From positions 32,001-96,000 of IMG/VR virus record IMGVR_UViG_3300044991_001618: 64,000 nucleotides of DNA; one strand, 5' to 3'. A model generated the notes under the pieces. That model saw only the letters and a program-made list of their open reading frames with translations. It was not told where the DNA came from and made no database searches. Of this stretch, positions 18,521 through 28,314 are shown in pieces. Position 1 is the stretch's first letter; each line of letters opens with the position of its first letter. The position numbers were made by a program, and so were the translations under genes. The DNA is from a virus.

Positions 18521-19101
18521 AGTTCTAAAATTTTGTCTTTAAATTCTCTTAGTTTATTTATGCTATGTTTGGTTTTAATATTTTTATTGTATTCTTGTTC
18601 ATACTTAATTATAACCAAATTGTTTGGCACATCTAATAATAGGTTAGGATTAGCCGTAAGTAAAACATCTATTGGTTTAATCATCTCATTTTTTGTTTGT
18701 TCGCTATAAAATTTGATATTTTCAATCAAACAAGAAAATTTTGATAAAAAGAACAATGTTGCTGGCTTTGATTTTCCAATTTCATCGGAAACAATAATAA
18801 TCTCATGATTATCTCTCATATCCAAATAAAAATCATTCAAATCATTCATCCCTGTATATTCAACAGATGCTGCATGCCCAAATATCTCCATTGGATGTTC
18901 AATGTATAAAAAATTATACAAATCATCATCCAATGGAAATTTAAAATGATTTAAAAGATTTAAGGAATCAATTGGGTAATTTATTTCATATTTAAATTCT
19001 GATTCATTATCTTCATTTGCAACATAAAACTTATCATAAACTTGTTCTATCTTCCCAAGAGTGTCCCTTAATATTCCATTTAAATCAATTGCTATTGTCA
19101 T
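18514..19101 (-). CDS. HAD-family 5'(3')-deoxyribonucleotidase-like protein
   Basis: IAIDLNGILRD start (DxD variant), YNKNI near C-terminus. Confidence 0.6.
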   Translation of the reverse strand: MTIAIDLNGILRDTLGKIEQVYDKFYVANEDNESEFKYEINYPIDSLNLLNHFKFPLDDDLYNFLYIEHPMEIFGHAASVEYTGMNDLNDFYLDMRDNHEIIIVSDEIGKSKPATLFFLSKFSCLIENIKFYSEQTKNEMIKPIDVLLTANPNLLLDVPNNLVIIKYEQEYNKNIKTKHSINKLREFKDKILELC

Positions 19102-19816
19102 ACTTTTTTAAAATTTTGCTTATGATGGGGTTTCTAACAATATCCTCACTATAAAATTCATGGTGAGCAATATCTGAGATGCCTTGTAATCTTTCCATAG
19201 CATCATATAATCCAGTTCCCCTCTTGTCTTTATATCTATCAGTTTGTTCCAAATCTCCAGATATAAAGAATTTAGTATTAAAACCTATTCTTGTCAATAG
19301 TAATTTCATTTGATTTGGTGTGGTATTTTGTGCCTCTTCTAATACCAAGATGGTGTTGTCAATGTTTAAACCCCTCATATAAGCAAGAGCCATAACCTCA
19401 ATAACCTCCATATCCATTAATTTCTCACGGATATTTTTGCCAATTATTTTGTTAATTAAATAAAATGATGGATAAATATATGGATCCATCTTCTCATTTA
19501 CATTTCCAGGTAACGCCCCTAGTTTCTCTTCTGCTTCAACTGCTGGTTTAACAATCACCAACTTGTCATATGTATTGCTGGGGTCTGCAAGTAAGTCAAT
19601 GGCTGCTTTCATAGACATATAACTCTTTCCAGTTCCAGCAGGACCAATGCAAATTGTAATTTGGTTATTTAACAATTTGTCATAATAAACCACTTGATTG
19701 TCATTTAGGAATTTTTCTTTTGTTTTCTTTTTAAGTAAACTACAAATTTGGCTTTTCCTAGATTGGGGAGCTAACTCAACCTCATCTTCTTTTTTCACAA
19801 ATCTTCTTCTCGTCAT
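19085..19816 (-). CDS. phoH: PhoH family ATPase
   Basis: GPAGTGKS, EKLGALPG, LAYMRG, EEAQN, GDLEQTD, DIVRNP. Confidence 0.95.
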   Translation of the reverse strand: MTRRRFVKKEDEVELAPQSRKSQICSLLKKKTKEKFLNDNQVVYYDKLLNNQITICIGPAGTGKSYMSMKAAIDLLADPSNTYDKLVIVKPAVEAEEKLGALPGNVNEKMDPYIYPSFYLINKIIGKNIREKLMDMEVIEVMALAYMRGLNIDNTILVLEEAQNTTPNQMKLLLTRIGFNTKFFISGDLEQTDRYKDKRGTGLYDAMERLQGISDIAHHEFYSEDIVRNPIISKILKKYDNSN

Positions 19817-19850
19817 TAAGTTGTTTTTATTTAATAATAAATAATAGGAA

Positions 19851-20852
19851 CTAGAATTTAGTAGTCAAATTTTCATCATTAAATTTATGTAACCAATATT
19901 CTATCATTTCATCAAGCATTGTTTCAAATGTATATTTTGGTTGCCAGTTAATTGTTTTCCTTAATTTTGTTGCATCTCCTTTTAAATCATATAGTTCTTC
20001 TGGTCTATAAAATTTTTCATCTTGTTTTACATAATCCATATAATTTAACCCCAAGTATGAAAAAACATATTCACACAATTCTCTAACAGAATGGGATACC
20101 CCTGTGGCACACACAAAGTCATCAGGATTATCTAATTGCAATATTGACCACATTGCCTCCACATAATCTTTTGCGTGTCCCCAGTCCCTTGTAGCATCCA
20201 AATTACCCAAACTTAATGAATTAGCTAATCCCAATTTTATTTTAACTGCTTGTTTAACCACCTTGTTTGTTACAAAGTTTGTCCCCCTTCTTGGGGATTC
20301 GTGATTAAATAAAATCCCATTTGATATAAACATACCATATGAATTTCTATAATTTCTTGCAATATTATACCCAAATACTTTTGAACAACCATAGGGTGAT
20401 ACCGGATTTAAAGGCGTTGTTTCCCTTTGAAATCCATCAGCATCAATTGAATTACCAAACATTTCAGATGATGATGCCTGGTATATTTTAATTGACTTAT
20501 CTACAAGTTTAACCGCTTCAAGTAAGTTTAAAACGCCAAGTCCAGTTGCATTTGCTGTGTAAATGGGTTGGTCAAATGATATTCTTACATGAGATTGTGC
20601 TGCCAAATTATATATCTCATTAGGTCTAACATCTTGTATTACTCTAATTAATGATGATAAGTCAGTCAAATCAGCATAATGTAATTTTAACTTATCATAT
20701 ATATTATCCAATCTTGATGTTTGATTTTCTGCAACTGAATTTCTTTTCAATGTTCCATGAACTTCATATCCTTTCTCAATCAATAATTCTGCTAAGTATG
20801 ATCCATCTTGACCATTTATCCCAGATATCAATGCTATTTTATTTTCTTGCAT
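19851..20852 (-). CDS. gmd: GDP-mannose 4,6-dehydratase
   Basis: GINGQDGSYL, YNLAAQSHV, QASSSEMFG, SPYGCSK, NHESPRRG, RDWGHAKDY; likely start 20852. Confidence 0.95.
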   Translation of the reverse strand: MQENKIALISGINGQDGSYLAELLIEKGYEVHGTLKRNSVAENQTSRLDNIYDKLKLHYADLTDLSSLIRVIQDVRPNEIYNLAAQSHVRISFDQPIYTANATGLGVLNLLEAVKLVDKSIKIYQASSSEMFGNSIDADGFQRETTPLNPVSPYGCSKVFGYNIARNYRNSYGMFISNGILFNHESPRRGTNFVTNKVVKQAVKIKLGLANSLSLGNLDATRDWGHAKDYVEAMWSILQLDNPDDFVCATGVSHSVRELCEYVFSYLGLNYMDYVKQDEKFYRPEELYDLKGDATKLRKTINWQPKYTFETMLDEMIEYWLHKFNDENLTTKF

Positions 20853-21741
20853 AAGTATAATTTTCAATAAACCACTCAACTGTTTCCTTCAACCCCTCCT
20901 CAATTGGGGTGAATTTAAAATCTGGTAAATATGACATCAATTTGCTATTATCAGATGGCTTTCTAAATTGTCCATCAGGTTTAGAATCATCAAATATTAC
21001 CTTACCCTTAAAGTTAAAATAATTTACCAATAAGTCAACCAAATCTCTTATACTAATTTCAGATGAGGGACTCAAAATAATTGGTTCAGATTCATTGTAA
21101 TTATTTAAAACCCATTCACTTAATCTTGCAACATCTTTAACATAAATAAATTCTCTTAATGGTTTACCAGATCCCCAAACAATAAAATCAGTTTTTGTTT
21201 CTTTTGCCAAAAATAATTTATGAATTAACATAGGAATAACATGACCATGCTCTAATGAGAAATTATCATTAGAACCATATATGTTTGTTGGTATTACTGA
21301 TTTATAATTTAACCCATATTGTTCTCTATATGCCCTAATTTGTATATCTGCCATTCTCTTGGCATAAGCATAGGGATAATTTGATGAATGAGGCTCACCC
21401 AAATGTATCTTCTTTTCAGTTAGGGGGTAATCAATATTATCTGGAAATACACAAGTGGATAAGAAACAAACCAAATTTTCAACTCCAACCTTCCTTGCTG
21501 ATTCTATAACATTTGTGTTTATCATAATGTTATCATAGAAATATTCACCCTTATACTTCATATTACCCCCAAGTCCACCAACTTTACCAGCACAATGAAT
21601 AATATGTGTTGGTTTATGCTTTTCAAAGGCTTCATATGTAAGGTGGGGGTTTGTTAAATCAATTTCACTTCCAATCTTAATATCTGATTTAATATGTGAA
21701 CCAACTAAACCATATCCACCAGTTACTAACAATTTTAGCAT
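20839..21741 (-). CDS. fcl: GDP-L-fucose synthase
   Basis: GGYGLVG, AGKVGGL, STCVFP, YAYAKR, PTNIYG, WGSGKPLREF, KPDGQFRK. Confidence 0.93.
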   Translation of the reverse strand: MLKLLVTGGYGLVGSHIKSDIKIGSEIDLTNPHLTYEAFEKHKPTHIIHCAGKVGGLGGNMKYKGEYFYDNIMINTNVIESARKVGVENLVCFLSTCVFPDNIDYPLTEKKIHLGEPHSSNYPYAYAKRMADIQIRAYREQYGLNYKSVIPTNIYGSNDNFSLEHGHVIPMLIHKLFLAKETKTDFIVWGSGKPLREFIYVKDVARLSEWVLNNYNESEPIILSPSSEISIRDLVDLLVNYFNFKGKVIFDDSKPDGQFRKPSDNSKLMSYLPDFKFTPIEEGLKETVEWFIENYTYARK

Positions 21742-21746
21742 ATAAA

Positions 21747-22745
21747 CTAATATTTTTTATTATTAATCATTTTAGTAATCCTAACTTGTTCATCCCAATG
21801 CTCAATCATTTCATCCATTAACATTTCAAAAGTATATTCTGGCTTCCAACCAAATTCTTTTCTAATTTTAGTAGAATCACCTTTAAGATATTTTAATTCT
21901 TCAGGTCTCATAAATTCTTGGTCTTGGACAACATATAGATTATAATCAAGTTCTAGTTTAGTAAATACATAATCAATCATTTCTCTAACTGAATGAGTTT
22001 TCATTGTTGATACAACATAATCATCTGGTGTATTGTGGTTTAATAATAAGTGCATTGCTTTTACATAATCTTTAGAATGACCCCAATCTCTATATGAATC
22101 CATATTGCCAATGACTAGTTTATTTGCTAATCCATGTTTTATTTCAAGAGCAGTTTTAATAACTTTGCTTGTTACAAAATTGGATCCCCTTCTTGGGGAT
22201 TCATGATTGAATAGTATTCCATTTACAGCATGTAATCCATAACCCCTTCTGTAACTTCTAACTAATGAATATGCAGATAATTTAGAACACCCATATGGTG
22301 ATACTGGTATCATTGGTGTTGTTTCTCGTTGAAAGCCATCACTATCAACAGAGTTTCCAAACATTTCTGATGATGATGCTTGATAAAATTTAGCATTTGG
22401 ACAACTTCTTCTATAGGCTTCTAACATATTTAAAACACCATTTGAATTTGTTTGTAATGTAAATTCTGGTATATCAAAACTTATTCTAACATGACTTTGT
22501 GCTGCTAAATTATATATTTCATCAGGTTGTATTTTATCTAATAATTTTTGTAAATTTGTTTGGTCTAAAACATCCCCATAATAAACATACATTCTATCTT
22601 TTATGGATTCAATACGGCTTTGTTGGTGTTCAGGTACTGAATTTCTTCTAACAATGCCATAAACTTCATATCCTAAAGACAATAAATATTCTGATAAGTA
22701 TGAGCCATCTTGCCCATTAATTCCTGTAATAAATGCTTTTTTCAT
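21747..22745 (-). CDS. gmd: GDP-mannose 4,6-dehydratase (second paralog)
   Basis: Same motifs as 19851-20852. Confidence 0.95.
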   Translation of the reverse strand: MKKAFITGINGQDGSYLSEYLLSLGYEVYGIVRRNSVPEHQQSRIESIKDRMYVYYGDVLDQTNLQKLLDKIQPDEIYNLAAQSHVRISFDIPEFTLQTNSNGVLNMLEAYRRSCPNAKFYQASSSEMFGNSVDSDGFQRETTPMIPVSPYGCSKLSAYSLVRSYRRGYGLHAVNGILFNHESPRRGSNFVTSKVIKTALEIKHGLANKLVIGNMDSYRDWGHSKDYVKAMHLLLNHNTPDDYVVSTMKTHSVREMIDYVFTKLELDYNLYVVQDQEFMRPEELKYLKGDSTKIRKEFGWKPEYTFEMLMDEMIEHWDEQVRITKMINNKKY

Positions 22746-22746
22746 A

Positions 22747-23346
22747 TTATTTTTTAAAAATTTTCATTTTAGTTAAATCAGGCCAATCAGTAACTACCCA
22801 TTGCCTTGGTGGGGTATTGATTGCATCTTGTAATTTATTTAGTCCTAATTGTGCAATCTCAGGTGTCATATAATAATGAAATCCAAGAGTGTCTATATCT
22901 TGGTCTCTCCACGGTATGTTAGGTAATCTTCCATCATAAGACATTTTCTTTAATGAAATATAATCAATTTCATTATCAAGTAAAATAATACCCCCTCTAC
23001 CTAATGAAAGATGTTTTTGATATTGAAAACTAACACACATAAATGTGTTGGGAATATAACTATTTTTTTTCCACAATACTGCTGCATCAATAATTCTTTT
23101 ATCACCATAATTAAGTGTATAATAATTTTCCCAATCTTCATATCTCCATTCTAGTTCTATACCTATTTTTTCTGCCAAAAATGGTACAGACAAATATGTT
23201 CTTGTAGGTACATTAATTTTGGTTTCTTTAACATATCTTAAACATAATTCTAACCCATGTGTACAACTATCAACAGCAACTGCATAAGAAGAACCAAAAA
23301 ACTCTGATATTTTATTTTCAAAAGTTGAAACTACTTCAAAATTCAT
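22747..23346 (-). CDS. Short DegT/DnrJ/EryC1/StrS PLP-dependent aminotransferase-like protein
   Basis: FE..YAVAVDSCT, IIDAA, SFQYQKHLSLGRGG (PLP Lys); only 199 aa. Confidence 0.8.
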   Translation of the reverse strand: MNFEVVSTFENKISEFFGSSYAVAVDSCTHGLELCLRYVKETKINVPTRTYLSVPFLAEKIGIELEWRYEDWENYYTLNYGDKRIIDAAVLWKKNSYIPNTFMCVSFQYQKHLSLGRGGIILLDNEIDYISLKKMSYDGRLPNIPWRDQDIDTLGFHYYMTPEIAQLGLNKLQDAINTPPRQWVVTDWPDLTKMKIFKK

Positions 23347-24245
23347 TTTTTATCATTTAAATAGGTTTTAATATTGTTGTTATCATCACACCATTTAAGT
23401 GCGTATTGACCTTCTAACGGTCTTGAAAACATTGGATGGTAATGTTTGGCACACCCCTCAAAAAAATAATGATTGGCTTGAGTTAATCTAGTTTTATTAA
23501 AATCTGTAACACCTTCAACATTACAGCCACCATGCAACATATTTGAAGCCCATATTAAAGCTTGTCCTTTTTTTAAACTTACGTTTTTTTCAGAGGCTTT
23601 TTTACTTTTTATTAATTCAATTAAAAAATCTTCATATATTTTATAATTATTAGATTCCCCATTTTCAATAGTATCAGGGTGAGGTAAATTAAGATTATGG
23701 TATTCATATACTGGCCATTTATGACTACCCGGTATTATTTTTAAAGTGCCATTAGTTTCATCAACATCTTCAAATGCTACCCACACACCAACCATCCAAA
23801 GATGTGGTATTGTGTGAAAATGTATTGTATCACTATGTAGTGGTTGATTACTACCTTTAATAAAATTAATAGTTGAAAATGGAAATGGCGTTTTTCCATA
23901 TAAATAACTAAGAGTATTAATAATTTTAGGGTGTATTGTTAAATTAGCAATTGAGTCACTTTTTTTCCAATGTTCAAATATTCTTTTACTTTCTGTATAT
24001 TGAAAGTGGTCAGCATGATATGTAGTATTTTCATTATTTAGTGCACTATACGTGTCATTTACTATTGGTAATATATCATCATCAGTTAATTCTAAATCAA
24101 TAATAAGATAACCATTTTCATTATAAAATTTACAATTTTCTTTTTGTTTATTGGTTAGCCCTGAATCATCCAATAATTCGTGAAAAAATGGTGATTCAAT
24201 CCATGGAATGTCTAATGAGTTGTTTGATGGTTTAAAATTATTCAT
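23343..24245 (-). CDS. PhyH-family Fe(II)/2-oxoglutarate dioxygenase
   Basis: QPLHSD, VWVAFEDVDETNGTLKIIPGSH, LHGG. Confidence 0.85.
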   Translation of the reverse strand: MNNFKPSNNSLDIPWIESPFFHELLDDSGLTNKQKENCKFYNENGYLIIDLELTDDDILPIVNDTYSALNNENTTYHADHFQYTESKRIFEHWKKSDSIANLTIHPKIINTLSYLYGKTPFPFSTINFIKGSNQPLHSDTIHFHTIPHLWMVGVWVAFEDVDETNGTLKIIPGSHKWPVYEYHNLNLPHPDTIENGESNNYKIYEDFLIELIKSKKASEKNVSLKKGQALIWASNMLHGGCNVEGVTDFNKTRLTQANHYFFEGCAKHYHPMFSRPLEGQYALKWCDDNNNIKTYLNDKK

Positions 24246-24768
24246 AGTTCATAAGTTTTTTAGCACTTTCTAATATTTGTTTTGAATCTCTCGTTTTGAT
24301 TGGTTTTGCTGGTGATCCAGCATATACTGTCCAAGGTTCTGTATCTTTAGTAACAACAGACCCAGCTCCAACTATTGACCCTTCACCTAATGTTACACCA
24401 GGTAAAACAGTACAATTAACACCTAAAGTAGAGTATCTTTTAAATATTACTGGTTTATTTATGACCATTCGATGTTCTAATGGAACAACAGGCGATATTA
24501 ATCCTTGAGTAAAATCATCACTTGCGCAGACAATTCTACTTCCAGAACCAATGTTAGTAAAATCTTCCATAACAATTAATGCTGGCGCACCACCTATAAT
24601 TGAAACACTTGGTGCAATATGAATATAATCCCCCAATATTGCTTGAGTTGATATATAAGTCCACATATCAATTGCTACATGATTACCTATTTCAACTAAT
24701 TCAGGTCTTGATATTATTGCTAAATTACTAACCCTAACATCTTTCCCCACTTTTTTTAATTTTTTCAT
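24238..24768 (-). CDS. Hexapeptide (LbH) acyltransferase
   Basis: VLPGVTLGEGSIVGAGSVVTKD...AGSPAK. Confidence 0.88.
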   Translation of the reverse strand: MKKLKKVGKDVRVSNLAIISRPELVEIGNHVAIDMWTYISTQAILGDYIHIAPSVSIIGGAPALIVMEDFTNIGSGSRIVCASDDFTQGLISPVVPLEHRMVINKPVIFKRYSTLGVNCTVLPGVTLGEGSIVGAGSVVTKDTEPWTVYAGSPAKPIKTRDSKQILESAKKLMNYE

Positions 24769-24777
24769 TTTTTATAT

Positions 24778-25428
24778 TTATAATCCACCATTTATTTTTA
24801 AATTACCACCACAAAAATATTCATTTTCTATAATATAATCAATAGTATTATATAATTCTTCAGTTTTACCAAACCTTTTTAAACCTATTTTTTCTTTTGC
24901 AATATCTTGATATTTAGATTCAACTCTATCACCCATTCCACCATCCCAATATCCTAGTTGTATTGTATTACATGTTATTCCATGTTTTATATTTTCTTTA
25001 TTAGCAACCGAAATTAATCTATCCAAAAAAGCTTTTGATGCACAATATAATGAATTTTTAGGTACATTCATTTCAGAAAAAATTGAAGATATTGATATCA
25101 CTCTACCCCATTTATTTTTAATCATATTTGGTAAGCATCCAGAAAGTATATTTATATTACCTTTTATGTTTACATTCAACATATCATCAATTTCTTTATA
25201 ATCATCCTCAGTAATACTATTTAAAAATACATCATATTTTTTACCTGACATATTTAAAACAATATCTACTTGATTTTCATTAAAAAAATTATTTACTTCT
25301 TTTGGGTTTGTTACATCAACGTCTTTACTACTTAAATCAATTACTTCATATTTTTTTTTAAGAAATGGTACTAATTTAGTTCCAAGACCACCTTTTCCAC
25401 CAAAAACAACTATTTTTTTCATAATCAT
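24778..25428 (-). CDS. SDR oxidoreductase, FabG-like
   Basis: GGKGGLG, WGRVISISS, YCASK, GITCNTIQLG. Confidence 0.82.
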   Translation of the reverse strand: MIMKKIVVFGGKGGLGTKLVPFLKKKYEVIDLSSKDVDVTNPKEVNNFFNENQVDIVLNMSGKKYDVFLNSITEDDYKEIDDMLNVNIKGNINILSGCLPNMIKNKWGRVISISSIFSEMNVPKNSLYCASKAFLDRLISVANKENIKHGITCNTIQLGYWDGGMGDRVESKYQDIAKEKIGLKRFGKTEELYNTIDYIIENEYFCGGNLKINGGL

Positions 25429-26369
25429 TGATTATACTTAATTATCATTGAACCCCAAGCCCAACCAGCACCAACAGCTGATAATAATATATTATCACCA
25501 TAAGTTATTTCACCTGATTTAATTGCATCATCTAAAGCAATTGGTATTGATGCACCTGCAATATTACCATATTTATCCATTATTGTTTTTACTTTATGCA
25601 TTGGTAAACCAACATCTTTTGCAACCAACTTTAATATATTAATACTAGGTTGATGTGGTACTAACATATTAATATCATCAGCTGTTAAATTAGCTTCTTT
25701 TAAAACACTTTTAATTGATTCAGGTAATACTTTAGTTGCTTGTTCCCAAACTTCTTTGCCTACCATTTCAAATGGTTTATCTAATGGCATTCTAAAACCT
25801 GTCATACCAGTACCTTTACCATTAGACAATATTTCACTTACCATCCAACTATTATCTGAGGGTCCTAAAACTACAGCTCCAGCACCATCGCCAAAAAATA
25901 CACAATGACGATTATTTAAGTTAGTATGTTTAGAATATGTTTCACTAGCAACAATTAATATATTTTTATATATACCAGTACTAATTAATGTTGATGCAAA
26001 TGACATAGCATAGACAAACCCAGCACAAACTGCATTAATATCAAATGATGGTACATTTTTTTCAATATCTAATTTATTATGTAAAACACATGCAGTTGAT
26101 GGTGATATTTGATCAGGACTAGAAGTAACTACTATAATTAAATCTAAATCTTCTTTATTTATGTTAGCCGATTCTAAAGCATTTATGGCAGCATAGTAAG
26201 CTAAATCAGAAGTTTTCTCATCAGCAATAAATCTTCTTTCTAAAATACCTAATTTTTGTTCAACCCATTCTGGTGTTGTGTCTATGTTTTTACATAGTTC
26301 ACTATTACTCACAACCCTATTAGGTAGATAAGACCCAGTACCAATTATTGTTACTTTATCACTCTTCAT
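25425..26369 (-). CDS. fabH: 3-oxoacyl-ACP synthase III (FabH family)
   Basis: GTGSYLP, AVCAGF (Cys), FGDGAGA, PHQ (His), YGN (Asn). Confidence 0.9.
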   Translation of the reverse strand: MKSDKVTIIGTGSYLPNRVVSNSELCKNIDTTPEWVEQKLGILERRFIADEKTSDLAYYAAINALESANINKEDLDLIIVVTSSPDQISPSTACVLHNKLDIEKNVPSFDINAVCAGFVYAMSFASTLISTGIYKNILIVASETYSKHTNLNNRHCVFFGDGAGAVVLGPSDNSWMVSEILSNGKGTGMTGFRMPLDKPFEMVGKEVWEQATKVLPESIKSVLKEANLTADDINMLVPHQPSINILKLVAKDVGLPMHKVKTIMDKYGNIAGASIPIALDDAIKSGEITYGDNILLSAVGAGWAWGSMIIKYNQ

Positions 26370-26459
26370 TTATAGAAATGTTTTATCTAATTCTTACCTT
26401 TTGCAGAAATCTGTTTTATATTCATATACTAATACCCAACTTTCTTGGATAATTACATT
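26370..26459 (-). pseudogene. Internally deleted remnant of the cupin gene at 27085-27498
   Basis: Reads NVIIQESWV|LVYEYKTDFCKR*ELDKTFL*; 26411-26433 is identical to 27129-27151. Confidence 0.8.
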
Positions 26460-27088
26460 TTATTTTTTTCCCATGACTCCCAAACAAAAGGATAATCAAA
26501 TTTATTTTCAAATCCATTATAAATTAAGTTTTTTTGAATATTAATTCTTCTTTCTATATCATTTTCAATACCTAAATGAAACTGTATTTGTATATTTTTA
26601 AATTTATTAATAATTTTACTTTCAATCATATATTCCATTAATGCATATTCATCGCCCTCAATATTAATCTGAAGTAAATCTACTTGATTAATGTTATTAT
26701 CTGAAAGTATTTTATCAATAGGTAAGGTTTTAATTTGGATTACAGAATTACCATTTGTATTAAAATTTGTTGATGAGCCATCATTTGACAAATATAAAGA
26801 TTTAGTTGCCTCATTTTTATCTGTAGATACACCTACATTCATTACTTTTATTTTTTTATAATTTTCATATTTTGTAACTAAATGATTATAAAAGTCTGGG
26901 ACAGGTTCAACTAATATTATATTAGGAACATATGGGTTATTTTTTTTTAAAATTTCATCAATCCATAACCCATAATACCCCCCTAAATCAATAACAATTG
27001 AATTGTTATTTAATTCATAATTTATGTTATGGGTATAATCACCATTATCCCCAAACCACTTATTTAAACTTGTAATGTCTTGTCTCAT
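26453..27088 (-). CDS. FkbM-family methyltransferase
   Basis: VIDLGGYYG, VEP, DLLQINIEGDEY, QIQFH. Confidence 0.85.
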   Translation of the reverse strand: MRQDITSLNKWFGDNGDYTHNINYELNNNSIVIDLGGYYGLWIDEILKKNNPYVPNIILVEPVPDFYNHLVTKYENYKKIKVMNVGVSTDKNEATKSLYLSNDGSSTNFNTNGNSVIQIKTLPIDKILSDNNINQVDLLQINIEGDEYALMEYMIESKIINKFKNIQIQFHLGIENDIERRINIQKNLIYNGFENKFDYPFVWESWEKNKM

Positions 27089-27498
27089 AAAATAAAAGTT
27101 TTATCAAATTCTTGTCCTTCATAAGGACCTGTTTTATATTCATATACTAATGTGTTATCTTCTAATATTTCATAATTATGCCCACCTTCTAATGTAAATG
27201 ATGCATCACCAAAATATAAAATTTCTGTTGTTAAAATTGAATCATCAATATCGTAAAATATACATTTGACGCTCCCTTGTAATACCACCCAACTTTCTTG
27301 TGCAATTACATTTCTAGTTCTTTCTTTCCAAATATGTTTATGTGGTTTAAATGTTGTACCCTTAGTTAAATTTAATTTTGAACATTGGATAAAGTTATCC
27401 CCAGATATTATATCTTCTCTTCCTGGGGTTATTTCATTTTTTCTAACTATTATGTGTAGTAGTTTAGTTTCATTAATTTTTGAATATATCTTTTTCAT
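27085..27498 (-). CDS. Cupin-fold (WbuC-like) protein
   Basis: PHKH...QESWVVLQG...GGH...EYKTGPY. Confidence 0.7.
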   Translation of the reverse strand: MKKIYSKINETKLLHIIVRKNEITPGREDIISGDNFIQCSKLNLTKGTTFKPHKHIWKERTRNVIAQESWVVLQGSVKCIFYDIDDSILTTEILYFGDASFTLEGGHNYEILEDNTLVYEYKTGPYEGQEFDKTFIL

Positions 27499-27501
27499 TT
27501 T

Positions 27502-28314
27502 TTAAATTTTAATCCAATTATCAAGTAATATGTCAGAAGAGTTTAGATGTGACGCTGAGGGTCCAAACCAATTATTAGGTCCAATTATTTTTTTATCTTT
27601 ATTTTCATTTAAATAAGCACCCCACCAACCAAAAGTACTATTACATATTATATTGTGTTCACACATACTCATTGAGTATAAATCTAAATAATCTTTGCCC
27701 AAACTAACAAATTCTTTATTAGGTAAAAAATCAAACATACTTTTAACACCATTTAAATCATCACTAAATATTAAGTAATTTCTATCAAGACCAATCAAAT
27801 TAATAGCTGACATATAATACTCTATAGATTGTTGTGGATGGTAATTAGATGATGATAAATAATCACCTCTTCTAATATGAATTGAAACTGAATTTTGAAC
27901 ATTTGGTAATCTTTCCAAAATAATTTGTTTAATATTTATAGTTGGTTTAAAAAGATTGATAATATAATCTTTATTATTTATAAAATATTTTTCACTCTGA
28001 AAATAACCTTCAATTAATAAATTTTCACCTATGTTATATTTTATTTGCCCATAATTAAATGTTATAGGTTCTACATGTACTCTATATGGTAATAGTAATT
28101 TCTCTATAAAAGTAATATTACGTAATAAATTATCTTTATAAACACTATAATCAGGGTCAAACCCTGGTTTTGGCGTCTCAGTACTAATTGGTCTTAAAAA
28201 TTCATTTGAAAAAATATAATCAACATTATTATCCAAAGCCAAACTAATTGATGCAGATAATTTAAACATAACATTACATATCCCACCTTGATGATTTGTA
28301 GTTATAAAATTCAT
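27502..28314 (-). CDS. Alpha-1,2-fucosyltransferase (GT11)
   Basis: GYFQSEKYF, HIRRGDY, FSDD, NSTFGWWGAYL. Confidence 0.92.
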   Translation of the reverse strand: MNFITTNHQGGICNVMFKLSASISLALDNNVDYIFSNEFLRPISTETPKPGFDPDYSVYKDNLLRNITFIEKLLLPYRVHVEPITFNYGQIKYNIGENLLIEGYFQSEKYFINNKDYIINLFKPTINIKQIILERLPNVQNSVSIHIRRGDYLSSSNYHPQQSIEYYMSAINLIGLDRNYLIFSDDLNGVKSMFDFLPNKEFVSLGKDYLDLYSMSMCEHNIICNSTFGWWGAYLNENKDKKIIGPNNWFGPSASHLNSSDILLDNWIKI

